64,000 nucleotides of DNA from Patescibacteria group bacterium (GCA_035510735.1 DATKGN010000006.1:1429-65428); one strand, 5' to 3'. Numbered from the stretch's first letter, positions 39,180 through 49,222 are shown. Numbers and translations are program-made. The notes: generated by a model not told the origin, from the sequence alone.

Positions 39180-40106
39180 TTATGTATGGGCTGCGCCAAC
39201 TATCCCTTTGAGACTTTTAAGCCCTTCTTTCTCCATATACTGCCGGAGGCCTGATTTAATCTCTTCAAAAACGCCGACCCCTTTAAAGTATGTTGCGGTT
39301 CCCACACCCACAAGTGTGGCTCCTGCCATGATGGCTTCAAGAGCATCCTGCGTTGTTGTGATTCCGCCCATACCGATTATCGGAATCTTCACCGCCTCAT
39401 AGATATCATAGATGCATCTAATTGTCATCGTTTTAATACCCGGTCCCGACACTCCGCCTCGTTTGGCACCTAAGACCGGCTTCTTCCTGACAATATCGAT
39501 AACCATCCCGGGCCCGAATGTGTTCACGGCAACAATGCCGTCAGCGCCCGCGGCCTCGCATGCTTTGGCAACCTCGGCGATACTTGGTACATTTGGCGTT
39601 AATTTTGCTAAGACCGGCACCTTGCCCATTATTTTTTTCACTGCGCGGACAGCAGCTGCTGATGAATCAGCTCCGATCCCCAGAGGCTTACCCATATCAT
39701 CTTCGACATTCGGACAGCTTAGGTTAAGTTCAAAAAGAGCGTTTCCGATAACCGGCAAAAAACCTTCGGCAAACCGTTCAAAATCGCGGACGGTTGTTGC
39801 AAATACGCTTACGATAACCGGAACAGGTGAAGTTTTTATAAATTCGGCAACGAGTGGTATGCCTTTTTCAAGCCCCGGCCCCCTCAAACCCACTGAGTTA
39901 AGAAATGCATTTTCAGTTTTGAGAACCCGTGGGAGCGGATTGCCTTCTCTCGGCTCCGGAGTCAGTGATTTCGTCGTCACCGCGCCCACACCGGACTTTG
40001 CAAACCGGTCATGATCGCGCGGAATTTCCTGCGCGATACCGGAGGGCAATACCAACGGGTTTGGAAATATGACGCCGCAATAATCTATCGATAAAATATC
40101 ACCCAT
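39180..40106 (-). CDS. pyrD: Dihydroorotate dehydrogenase, family 1 (1B-like catalytic subunit)
   Basis: TTKS..R.GNP.PR, ELNLSCPNV, KLTPN, GGVSGP.IK, IIGMGGI, GA.LV.VGTA. Confidence 0.95.
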   Translation of the reverse strand: MGDILSIDYCGVIFPNPLVLPSGIAQEIPRDHDRFAKSGVGAVTTKSLTPEPREGNPLPRVLKTENAFLNSVGLRGPGLEKGIPLVAEFIKTSPVPVIVSVFATTVRDFERFAEGFLPVIGNALFELNLSCPNVEDDMGKPLGIGADSSAAAVRAVKKIMGKVPVLAKLTPNVPSIAEVAKACEAAGADGIVAVNTFGPGMVIDIVRKKPVLGAKRGGVSGPGIKTMTIRCIYDIYEAVKIPIIGMGGITTTQDALEAIMAGATLVGVGTATYFKGVGVFEEIKSGLRQYMEKEGLKSLKGIVGAAHT

Positions 40107-40121
40107 ATATATACCAACATC

Positions 40122-41162
40122 CTATACTATCTTTCCGCCATCAACAAGTAGCTTCCCGCGTAAAACGACCCGTTCAATACAGCCACTCAACTCCCACCCG
40201 TCAAACGGAGACCATCCGCATTTCGTTTCATAGCCTGTACTTCCAACTACATAGGGTTTTACGGGATCAAGCTCAATAAATGTGTTAGGTTGGTCAGGTA
40301 TCGTAAATATTTTCTTGGGTTTCGTGTATAAAAGGTCAATCATTTTGTCCGTTGTCAGTTTTTTTTCGACAATTGCATGCACAAGTAATGGAATTGTCGT
40401 TTCTAAACCTGGCACTCCAAAGCAAGGAGTGCTATGCACCTTCTCTTCTTTCGTATGTGGAGCGTGATCACTCTCTATAATGTCGATGATTCCCGTTTGT
40501 ATTGACTCCCACAACATCTCCTGGTCCTGTTTGCTTCCGATTGGCGGTTTAAAGAGAGCGAATGCGCCGAGTTTCGCAACATCGCCCTCTGTTAAAAACA
40601 AATGATGGGGCGTGACACCGCAGGTGATAATAAGATTATGTTCTTTCGCCGTTTTGACCCGACCAACGTCATCCTGCGTTACGACATGACATATGTGGAT
40701 GCGACGATGGTAATGAGCAGCTAAATCGACACACTCACCTAATATATCGCCCTGTGCATGGACAAGTATTGGCTTATCCGACTCCCACGCCGCGAAAATT
40801 GCATCAAGGGCAACTGGATCGGTGATCATAAGATCACCCGTCGTCTTCCCGCAGTATACCTTGAGACCAAATACATGTGGATCGCGTATTACCGCCCCAA
40901 ATGAAGCGAGATTGTGTCCGTCCGTCCCGAAGTGGAAACCGGTATCACACAGCGCTTTTGAATCCGCAAGGGAAACTTTTTCATTGAGGCGTTCGGAGCT
41001 TATTGTGGGGCAGCCCGGATTATTGGGCATATCACAAACAAATGTGAATCCGCCCTTAATTGCCGCCCTACTGCCGCTGGCAAAGTCTTCTTTATTCGTC
41101 GCGCCGGGCTCACGGAGGTGCACATGCATATCGATAAATCCCGGAAACCGTTGGAGTGCCAT
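40122..41162 (-). CDS. pyrC: Dihydroorotase
   Basis: DMHVHLREPG, DMPN, KVY, VTPHHL, SDHAPH, GVPGLET. Confidence 0.93.
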   Translation of the reverse strand: MALQRFPGFIDMHVHLREPGATNKEDFASGSRAAIKGGFTFVCDMPNNPGCPTISSERLNEKVSLADSKALCDTGFHFGTDGHNLASFGAVIRDPHVFGLKVYCGKTTGDLMITDPVALDAIFAAWESDKPILVHAQGDILGECVDLAAHYHRRIHICHVVTQDDVGRVKTAKEHNLIITCGVTPHHLFLTEGDVAKLGAFALFKPPIGSKQDQEMLWESIQTGIIDIIESDHAPHTKEEKVHSTPCFGVPGLETTIPLLVHAIVEKKLTTDKMIDLLYTKPKKIFTIPDQPNTFIELDPVKPYVVGSTGYETKCGWSPFDGWELSGCIERVVLRGKLLVDGGKIV

Positions 41163-41173
41163 AGTTTATTTTT

Positions 41174-41259
41174 TGTCATTGCGAGTCGAGTCATCGAGAC
41201 GTGGCAATCTCTTTATATTTTAGAGATTGCTTCGCCGTCTGAACGGACTCCCAATGACA
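41174..41259. repeat. REP/RPE-like palindromic element between pyrB and pyrC
   Basis: TGTCATTGCGAG..GGCAATCTC..GAGATTGCTTCG..CTCCCAATGACA. Confidence 0.75.
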
Positions 41260-41266
41260 GACCATG

Positions 41267-42205
41267 CTATTTCTTCAACACTAAGGAAAGTAACGCCATC
41301 CGCACGTACATACCGTTTTGCATTTGTTCCCGTAAGTACAGCGCCCGCGGATCAGTGTCCACATCGGGAGCAATCTCGCCGACTCGGGGGAGCGGGTGCA
41401 TGAGTATTGCCGACTTTTTTAATTTCCCCATAATCCCGCGGTTTATGATGAACCGGTGCTTCAGGCGTTCATATGTTTTCAAATCGGTAAACCGCTCTTT
41501 TTGTACACGGGTGACATACAAGACATCCGTATCAGATAGCACATCATTAAGCACCGCTGTCTCTTGTGTAACGATTCCTTGATCGTTCAGGACAGTCACG
41601 AATTCTTTCGGTATCATAAGTTCTGGAGGGGAAACAAAATTAATCTTTTTGGGGCGATACAACCGGAGTAATGTCGAAAGTGAATGGATAGTCCGACCAT
41701 TCAGCATGTCTCCGACAAATGTAATCGTGAGACCGCTTAGAGAACCGAAATGATTATGTATAGTATAAAAATCAAGGAGCGCCTGAGTCGGATGCTCGCC
41801 CGTTCCATCGCCCGCGTTAATGACCGGTTTCTCAGTTGCCGCTGCAGCGATATCGGCCGCACCAACTTCAGGGTGTCTCACAACAATGACATCTGAATAA
41901 CTTGCAAATGTCCGGACGGTATCTTCGAGCGTTTCTCCTTTTGCAACCGACGAGTAGACAACGCCCTGGAGCGGTATAAATCCACCGCCAAGGCGCTGCA
42001 TCGACGCTATGAATGATCCGAATGTCCGGCTGCTTGGCTCATAAAACAACGCGGTCATGAGTTTTCCATGTAAAAGATCTGAGGCTCCCTTCGTTTGTAC
42101 TAATTCCTGCATCTGCCGAGTTCTTTCAATAATCACTTCTATATCCTCTTTCGTAAATTGTGATGTGCTTAAGATGTCCGACTGATAGAGGGTTTGGTGT
42201 TTCAT
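41267..42205 (-). CDS. pyrB: Aspartate carbamoyltransferase catalytic subunit
   Basis: FYEPSSRT, KGETLEDT, NAGDG.GEHPTQ.LLD, RVQKER, HPLPR. Confidence 0.96.
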   Translation of the reverse strand: MKHQTLYQSDILSTSQFTKEDIEVIIERTRQMQELVQTKGASDLLHGKLMTALFYEPSSRTFGSFIASMQRLGGGFIPLQGVVYSSVAKGETLEDTVRTFASYSDVIVVRHPEVGAADIAAAATEKPVINAGDGTGEHPTQALLDFYTIHNHFGSLSGLTITFVGDMLNGRTIHSLSTLLRLYRPKKINFVSPPELMIPKEFVTVLNDQGIVTQETAVLNDVLSDTDVLYVTRVQKERFTDLKTYERLKHRFIINRGIMGKLKKSAILMHPLPRVGEIAPDVDTDPRALYLREQMQNGMYVRMALLSLVLKK

Positions 42206-42206
42206 A

Positions 42207-45200
42207 TTATATGTACTCATTCCATGCTAATACTTTTAGATCACTTAGGGTATACCTGTGCATGGATTCAATGAATAACCGTGCGGACTCTGCGTTGGTA
42301 AATATCGGAATCGCAAGATCAATCGACATCCGCCGCATAAGATATCCGTCGGTAAACCCGCGGGTGACGCGGCTCCGGCTCGCGTCCGTAAATCGTTCAG
42401 GCAAAACGACGGAAAAACCAATTTTTCGTGCTTTCAATAAATCAGCATAATGCGGGTGAAGTCCTTCATGAAGCTTATGGACTTTTACTGAACTGACCCC
42501 CTCCCCCCGTAAAAAATCGTTCGTTCCTGCCGTCGCATATAATGTGTAGCCCATCGAGCGAAGGAGCTTTGCAGCGGCGAGAAAATTTTGTTTTTGTGCC
42601 GACCCGCCTAAGCTTAAAAATACTGCTTTATGCTCCGGATACCTGGTTCCTGTGGCAAGGAGCGCCTTGAGATACGCCTCATGGATATCTGCCCCGAACG
42701 CTGCGACTTCTCCGGTTGAACTCATTTCAACGCGGAGTACCGGATCGGCGCCTCGTAGACGCTTGAATGAAAACTGCGGAACTTTAACCGTAACATGATG
42801 CATCCTCTTCATAATAATTGGTTTAACTTTTTTTCCAAGTGCAACCCTGGTCGCGAGTGTTATGAAGTTAACACCTGTGGCTTTACTGACAAATGGAATA
42901 CTCCTTGAAGCACGGAGGTTGCACTCAATAACGAAGGGGCGCGATTTATGAACCAAAAACTGGATATTGAACGGGCCGCTCACCTTAAGCTCTTTGACAA
43001 TCGCTTCTGCATCTTTCTTAATAACCGCCTGCATATCTTCAGACAGCGTCATTGGTGGCAAAACAAGCGTGGCGTCTCCAGAGTGAACACCCCCGTTTTC
43101 AACGTGTTCCGATAGTGCGTAAACGATGAGCCTTCCGTGATCCGCAACTCCATCGAAATCGCATTCTGTTGCTCCTTCTATAAATTTTGTCATAACAAGG
43201 GAACTATTCCTTGTATCAGCGTCAACGCCCGCCAGATATTCTTCTAATTGCTTTTCAGCTTCAATAACAAGCATGGCTTTCCCGGATAATACGAATGAAG
43301 GGCGAATGAGAACCGGAAAACCGATTTTCTTTGCCATTTTGAGCGACTGATCAAATGATTTGGCCTCACTCCATTCGGGTTGTGCGATACCGAGATGGTC
43401 AAGGAGTTTACTGAAGACTTGGCGATCCTCAGCTTTCATAATCGTTTTGGCGTCGGATCCGAGGAGTGGAATTTTGTGTTCAGCAAGCTTCAATGCGAGA
43501 TTATTCGGGATCTGTCCGCCGACCGCGACGATAAACGGAGACCTCTCTTTATCATATATGTCCATGACCCTCTCAAGCGTCAGTTCTTCGAAATAGAGAT
43601 AATCCGTATTATCATAATCAGTTGATACGGTTTCAGGATTGCAGTTGATCATGACCGTTTTTTTACCAAATTTCTTAAGCGTCATAACGGTGTTGACTGC
43701 ACACCAATCAAATTCAACCGACGTACCTATGGAGTACGGGCCGCCTCCCAACACAATGACTTTATCCTCGGGCGCCGGCTCATAATCTGAGGACCGGGCG
43801 GCATACGTCATGTACAGATAATTTGTTTTCGCTGGGAATTCACCGGCCATCGTATCGATATGTTTAATGAAGGGTACGATGCCCATCATTACCCTTACGG
43901 ACCGGACGTCATCTTCTGTCGATTTCCGAAATAGTGCTATCTGTTTATCAGAAAACCCCTGGCGTTTTGCATCGGCGAGCAAATCGGAAGATAACTCTTT
44001 TTCACTGACTAACCGTACGTACGTATCAACAACTCTCCGCAGGGAATACAAAAACCATGGATCAATTCCGGTTAATGCATAAATTTCCTCGACCGAGATA
44101 CCTCGTGCGAGCGCGGCAGAGACAATAAATAGTCTCTTGGCGTCAGGTTTTTTCAACCGCTTTTTAATCGTACTTTTATCAAGACCCATAAGGCTCGGAT
44201 CGATGACTCCTTCATAACCTTGATTGATCATCCGGACGGCTTTTTGTATGGCTTCCTTAAATGTCCGCGCAATACTCATCACTTCTCCGACGCTTTTCAT
44301 CTCACTTCCGATATGCAGATCGACATTTGTATATTTCTCAAGATCCCAACGGGGAATTTTGACGACGACGTAATCAAGAGCGGGCTCAAAAAAAGCGGAA
44401 GTCTTCTTTGTCACAGAGTTCTCGAGCTCGGGGAGTTTCCTCCCAAGAGCCAGTTTTGCAGCGATATACGCGAGAGGGTATCCCGTGGCTTTGGAAGCAA
44501 GAGCGCTTGAGCGGGAAAGTCGTGCATTCACTTCGATGATGCGATAGTCCCCGTTTTTCGGGTTAAGTGCATATTGGATATTACACTCGCCCACGATTTT
44601 AAACTCACGGATTGTGTCAATCGCAATTTGGCGAAGGTTGTAATATTCATCATTGGTGAGCGTCTGCGAGGGCGCGATAACAATTGATTCACCGGTATGG
44701 ATGCCGACCGGATCAAAATTCTCCATATTGCAGACTGTTATGCAGTTATCATCCTGATCCCGTACGACTTCATATTCCACTTCCTTCCACCCGTAGAGAC
44801 ACTCTTCAAGAATCACCTGGGAATTCGTCGCGAATGCGTTGGTTAATAATTCGGAAAGTATCTGTTTATTTTCAGCAACCCCGCTGCCTGTGCCCCCGAG
44901 CGCGTATCCCGTACGAAGCATGATCGGGTACCCGAAGCTTCCCGCAATCGCCAATCCTTCCTCTACACTTTTGGCAATTTTTCCTTTGGCTGTTTTAAGA
45001 CCGATACGCTCAAGGCGTTTCGCAAATAATTCTCTGTCCTCCGTATCAATTACTGCTTCTATAGGAGTGCCCAAAATATCTACATGGTATTTTGTAAGTA
45101 CTCCGCTGTTATGAAGTTCTATACCGCAATTGAGGGCAGTCTGTCCTCCGAATGAGAGAAGAATACCATCAGGCTTTTCTTTTGCGATGACACGTTCGAC

Positions 45201-45410
45201 AAAATCAGAGGTAACGGGTAAAAAATAGACACTATCGGCTAGCCCTTCGGAGGTCTGAATGGTCGCGATATTCGGATTAATAAGGATGACCGTTTTGCCT
45301 TCTTCTTTGAGCGCTTTTATCGCCTGAGTGCCTGAGTAGTCAAATTCACCAGCCTCGCCTATTTTAAGCGCTCCTGATCCTAATATGAGTACTTTTTGTA
45401 TCTGTTTCAT
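42207..45410 (-). CDS. carB: Carbamoyl-phosphate synthase large subunit
   Basis: GEAGEFDYSG, two ATP-grasp halves, NCNPETVSTD, C-terminal MGS domain; ATGA overlap with carA. Confidence 0.97.
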   Translation of the reverse strand: MKQIQKVLILGSGALKIGEAGEFDYSGTQAIKALKEEGKTVILINPNIATIQTSEGLADSVYFLPVTSDFVERVIAKEKPDGILLSFGGQTALNCGIELHNSGVLTKYHVDILGTPIEAVIDTEDRELFAKRLERIGLKTAKGKIAKSVEEGLAIAGSFGYPIMLRTGYALGGTGSGVAENKQILSELLTNAFATNSQVILEECLYGWKEVEYEVVRDQDDNCITVCNMENFDPVGIHTGESIVIAPSQTLTNDEYYNLRQIAIDTIREFKIVGECNIQYALNPKNGDYRIIEVNARLSRSSALASKATGYPLAYIAAKLALGRKLPELENSVTKKTSAFFEPALDYVVVKIPRWDLEKYTNVDLHIGSEMKSVGEVMSIARTFKEAIQKAVRMINQGYEGVIDPSLMGLDKSTIKKRLKKPDAKRLFIVSAALARGISVEEIYALTGIDPWFLYSLRRVVDTYVRLVSEKELSSDLLADAKRQGFSDKQIALFRKSTEDDVRSVRVMMGIVPFIKHIDTMAGEFPAKTNYLYMTYAARSSDYEPAPEDKVIVLGGGPYSIGTSVEFDWCAVNTVMTLKKFGKKTVMINCNPETVSTDYDNTDYLYFEELTLERVMDIYDKERSPFIVAVGGQIPNNLALKLAEHKIPLLGSDAKTIMKAEDRQVFSKLLDHLGIAQPEWSEAKSFDQSLKMAKKIGFPVLIRPSFVLSGKAMLVIEAEKQLEEYLAGVDADTRNSSLVMTKFIEGATECDFDGVADHGRLIVYALSEHVENGGVHSGDATLVLPPMTLSEDMQAVIKKDAEAIVKELKVSGPFNIQFLVHKSRPFVIECNLRASRSIPFVSKATGVNFITLATRVALGKKVKPIIMKRMHHVTVKVPQFSFKRLRGADPVLRVEMSSTGEVAAFGADIHEAYLKALLATGTRYPEHKAVFLSLGGSAQKQNFLAAAKLLRSMGYTLYATAGTNDFLRGEGVSSVKVHKLHEGLHPHYADLLKARKIGFSVVLPERFTDASRSRVTRGFTDGYLMRRMSIDLAIPIFTNAESARLFIESMHRYTLSDLKVLAWNEYI

Positions 45411-46474
45411 TTTTTGAATAATGAAAATACCCACTTTGTATCAAATGGTCCGGGATTACCTTCCGGATGAAACTGGGTTGTCCAAATTTTTTGTTTATCG
45501 CATTTTAATCCTTCATTCGTCCCGTCATTTAAATTAATAAACCATTCGGATACTCCGTGAGGAATCGTCCTCCTATCTACGGCATACCCATGATTCTGGC
45601 TCGTCACATAGGCTTTTCCTGTTGTCACATCCTGACACGGCTGGTTCAGCCCGCGGTGACCGTACGGTAGTTTATACGTATCGGCGCCAAGCGCCAACGC
45701 AGCGAGCTGATGACCCAGGCACACACCAACAAATGGGATATGACGGTCAATAACCTGTCTTATATGTTCTATGGTCACCTTGCAGTCTTTCGGATCTCCC
45801 GGACCATTTGAACATACAACACCGTCGATCGAATCAGCATAAATAAGAGGATCCTCGTTCCACGGGATACGTATAACTTCGTAACCGTTGGCAAGGAGCT
45901 CCCGCAGAATTCCGTGCTTCACTCCGCAATCAATAAGAACAATACGCTTACCGGAATACTCTCGCGGCATATATTTGATGGTTTCCGACAAACTCGCTTT
46001 CGGCACAAGATCAGTTAATACAGAATCATCCCATGAAAAGCTTTTTGAACGCGAAATCATGCCGCGCATGACGCCCTTCTCACGGATTTTTTGAGTCAGC
46101 GCCCGGGTATCAATATGGGAAATGGCAGGAACATGGGAGGAAGTAAGCCACGACGATAAGGATTGTGCCATTTGGTAGTGAGACGGTGTTTCAATGTCAG
46201 ATGACATGATGACTCCCTGAGGCCACACGCGTTCTGACTCAAAGTTCGCCATCAGATGGGCATCCATATGAATTGGCGCAGGTACGCCATAATTGCCGAT
46301 AAGAGGGTATGTAAAAATTAACAGTTGTCCGCCAAACGACGGATCGGTGAGACTCTGCGGGTAGCCGGTCATACCGGTCGTAAAAACGACTTCACCGCAG
46401 GTGTCTCCATCATACCCAACGCTTTCCCCTTCAATAATTTCACCGTCTTCAAGTAGTAAATAGTTTTTTTTCAT
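45407..46474 (-). CDS. carA: Carbamoyl-phosphate synthase small subunit
   Basis: GEVVFTTGMTGY..LTDPS, SNGPGDP, GVCLGHQ, SQNHGY, QFHPE. Confidence 0.97.
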   Translation of the reverse strand: MKKNYLLLEDGEIIEGESVGYDGDTCGEVVFTTGMTGYPQSLTDPSFGGQLLIFTYPLIGNYGVPAPIHMDAHLMANFESERVWPQGVIMSSDIETPSHYQMAQSLSSWLTSSHVPAISHIDTRALTQKIREKGVMRGMISRSKSFSWDDSVLTDLVPKASLSETIKYMPREYSGKRIVLIDCGVKHGILRELLANGYEVIRIPWNEDPLIYADSIDGVVCSNGPGDPKDCKVTIEHIRQVIDRHIPFVGVCLGHQLAALALGADTYKLPYGHRGLNQPCQDVTTGKAYVTSQNHGYAVDRRTIPHGVSEWFINLNDGTNEGLKCDKQKIWTTQFHPEGNPGPFDTKWVFSLFKK

Positions 46475-46481
46475 TATCGAT

Positions 46482-46504
46482 AAAAAAATCCCGCTTTCGC
46501 GGGG
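46482..46504 (-). terminator. Intrinsic terminator or attenuator directly upstream of carA
   Basis: CCCCGC-GAAA-GCGGGA followed by T7; ends 7 nt before the carA ATG. Confidence 0.75.
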
Positions 46505-46523
46505 TTACTATGAGTGAAAATTA

Positions 46524-47516
46524 TCATATACCGAGGGCAATTCGCCCATTAATGGTTGCAATATTAACGGCTTTGGCGATATCGGTAAATCGATTGCCAC
46601 ACATGAGCAAACTTAATTCCTGCCACATATCGCCATCACAGAATGGCACCATGTAGTCACAAATATTATCAGTACCAAGTGCGACAGTGATTCCTGCAGG
46701 GACTAATTCATCTATCGGGGTTAATGAATTATGAAACGGCATCAGAGTTTCATTGCGTTTACTATCAATCCATGCGATGGGACAACTCACCATCATGAGG
46801 CCGGCTTTTTTCATTTTTCTATACAGCTTTAGGCGATATTCTTTTGGGTGTGCTGCTATAGAAATTCCGTGAATTGCAACGACTCTCCCCTGCATACCAT
46901 GTGCGATTGTTTTATCGCAAAGAAGTTCGGTTTCGGTATCATTCACCGTATTGAACTGATCGACATGCACATGCACCATCTTGTTATATTTTTTGGCAGT
47001 CGAAAGCAATATATCCATATGCTCTGCGCCTTTTTTGTAATCCACTTCATCCCTCCGTGGTAATCCACCAATGATATCCACCATCTGGGCAGCCACATCA
47101 AACCACTTACGTGCTTCAGGATTAATAATTCCTTTAAGGGTTTGATTGATAAATTTTATGTTAATATCTTTCTTATAGTGTTCCCTGGCTCTGAGGGCGG
47201 CCCGAATAGCACGATCTTCACATACGGGGTCAACATCTATAAACGATCCTAAGGCGGTCACCCCCTGAGCGAGCATCACTTCAATGGCTTTTGATATCCT
47301 ATCGTAGTAATCATTTTCTGTCGCATCTTTTTTCACAGCATCGACCAAATCCCACTTTTCCTCTAATGAATGATTTTTATAAATATCCAGAGTATCAGGA
47401 TTTATCGTAAATGCCCGGTCTGCATGCGCATGAGCGTTCACCCATCCTCCCTGCTTTTTTATTTCAGAAAGCATCAGTGGCTTAAAATTCCAGACTTGCG
47501 TTTTATCTGATTTCAT
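46524..47516 (-). CDS. Cytosine-deaminase-like amidohydrolase
   Basis: NAHAHAD metal motif, HVHVDQ, AIHG, ALGTDN. Confidence 0.8.
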   Translation of the reverse strand: MKSDKTQVWNFKPLMLSEIKKQGGWVNAHAHADRAFTINPDTLDIYKNHSLEEKWDLVDAVKKDATENDYYDRISKAIEVMLAQGVTALGSFIDVDPVCEDRAIRAALRAREHYKKDINIKFINQTLKGIINPEARKWFDVAAQMVDIIGGLPRRDEVDYKKGAEHMDILLSTAKKYNKMVHVHVDQFNTVNDTETELLCDKTIAHGMQGRVVAIHGISIAAHPKEYRLKLYRKMKKAGLMMVSCPIAWIDSKRNETLMPFHNSLTPIDELVPAGITVALGTDNICDYMVPFCDGDMWQELSLLMCGNRFTDIAKAVNIATINGRIALGI

Positions 47517-47535
47517 AATCCTGCTTCCGTCATAT

Positions 47536-49155
47536 TTATGATTTATGAAGCTGAGCCGAATACAATTTTTCAATAAGGCTTTCCGCAACATTAATTGTCG
47601 TTACGAGTGTAGTGTTAAATTTAATTGCGTATTCACGGATCGTCTGTCCGTCGGTCTTTTCCTTCGTCTTCGTGCCTGACGGGATGTTGATAATAAGGTC
47701 AAACCGGTTAGCAGCCAGCAAATCCGCAAGATTCGGTTTGAGGTGCGGCTGGGAGATCTTATTGACCAATATAGCTTCAATCCCGTGGATCTTCAGGAAC
47801 TTATGCGTCTTATATGTCGCGTACAGTTTATAGCGAAGTTCTGAGAGCCTTCGAATCGTTGATAATAATTTTATTTTGTTGCTCCGTTTGCCGATAGACA
47901 GAAGCACCGTTTTCTCGGCGCGTTGGGAAAGGCGCATCTGAAGCGTGTAGAGTTCGATAAATCCTGCCGATGCGTTTTGATTGAACGCTCCCGAGGTCAT
48001 GAATGTCGCAAGCTTTTCCTGGAAGATCGTATTGGGGGTCTCGACAGCAACCGCTTCGCAAGAACCCTTAAACAACCGTAATTTAACTTTACCGGTCACT
48101 TTCTGATTCATTTTATCGATGAATGCGTTAAGATCGTCAAACAACGGTTCGTACCACTTGGCACCGTAACAAAGGTATGCCCATTTGGTATCGATCGTCG
48201 ACTTAAATTCATTTTCTTCTCGGGTGGACACATACTTCTCAAGATCCCGGTGGGCAGTTATGATAATTTCAGCAGCCGGCGCTTCATACAACCCCCGTAC
48301 CTTTAACCCAACGACCCGGTCCTCTATGAGATGAACAATACCGACCCCGTATTTGGCACCGACCTTATTTAACTCGAGGATGATATCCGTCAATTTCATC
48401 TGATTGCCGTTGACCGCAACCGGCAGACCTTTAATAAACTCAAGTTCGACAATTTCCGGCTTATCAGGTGCTTCCCATGGGGGCGTCGTGATCTGGAGAA
48501 TTTTTTCCATCGGTGGAATGAGCGCCGGATTTTCAATCTCTCCGCCCTCACCCGTCACTCCCCACATGTTGTCATCGTAGGAATACGGTTTTTGCACTGT
48601 CTGTTTGACTTCGATGCCGTGCTTTTTGGCGTATACTAATTCTTCATCCCTGCCCATAGACCATTCGCGGACCGGCGCAATGATTTTGATATCGGGGTTA
48701 AGCGCGAGCGCGGTGCCTTCAATCCGGACCTGATCATTCCCTTTGCCGGTGCATCCGTGCGCTATCGCATCGGCTCCTTCACGTGCCGCAATTTTTACCG
48801 CCCATTTCGCAAGAAGAGGCCGCCCGATCGGAGTGGATAGATGGTAACGACCCTGATAACTGGCATTTGCTTTTATACCCTTCGCAATATATTCTTCAGC
48901 GAATTCATCTTTAGCATCAATCACATATGCATTGATCGCTCCCAGTTTGAGCGCTTTTTTACGGATCTGCTCCAAATCATCGGTTAACTGACCGATATCT
49001 ATAGTAAGGGCAACAATCTGGGCTTTATATTCGTCAGCAATCCACTTAAGCATGACCGATGTGTCCAATCCTCCCGAATATAAAAGAACGACTTTTTTGA
49101 CTTCTCCTTTTTTCGCCTCATACGAGGATACTTTGATGTAATCCTGCTTATGCAT
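47536..49155 (-). CDS. argG: Argininosuccinate synthase fused to a C-terminal MGS-like domain
   Basis: YSGGLDTS, HGCTGKGNDQVR, YEAPA; last ~125 aa (VLLSIG..KLYAT..T.KFL..G..V.K..DLIINIP..DG..IR..AI) resemble the CarB MGS domain. Confidence 0.9.
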   Translation of the reverse strand: MHKQDYIKVSSYEAKKGEVKKVVLLYSGGLDTSVMLKWIADEYKAQIVALTIDIGQLTDDLEQIRKKALKLGAINAYVIDAKDEFAEEYIAKGIKANASYQGRYHLSTPIGRPLLAKWAVKIAAREGADAIAHGCTGKGNDQVRIEGTALALNPDIKIIAPVREWSMGRDEELVYAKKHGIEVKQTVQKPYSYDDNMWGVTGEGGEIENPALIPPMEKILQITTPPWEAPDKPEIVELEFIKGLPVAVNGNQMKLTDIILELNKVGAKYGVGIVHLIEDRVVGLKVRGLYEAPAAEIIITAHRDLEKYVSTREENEFKSTIDTKWAYLCYGAKWYEPLFDDLNAFIDKMNQKVTGKVKLRLFKGSCEAVAVETPNTIFQEKLATFMTSGAFNQNASAGFIELYTLQMRLSQRAEKTVLLSIGKRSNKIKLLSTIRRLSELRYKLYATYKTHKFLKIHGIEAILVNKISQPHLKPNLADLLAANRFDLIINIPSGTKTKEKTDGQTIREYAIKFNTTLVTTINVAESLIEKLYSAQLHKS

Positions 49156-49177
49156 AAAAAAAGAGCCGTTAGGCTCT
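49156..49177 (-). terminator. Attenuator terminator abutting the argG start codon
   Basis: AGAGCC-TAAC-GGCTCT, T-tract, then immediately ATG. Confidence 0.75.
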
Positions 49178-49222
49178 ATCCTTTTGGCAACATGTGAACT
49201 GGGTAATAAGAATATGACTCAT
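49169..49222 (-). CDS. Putative leader peptide MSHILITQFTCCQKDRA
   Basis: AGGA SD-like sequence upstream; TAA stop lies in the terminator loop. Confidence 0.5.
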   Translation of the reverse strand: MSHILITQFTCCQKDRA

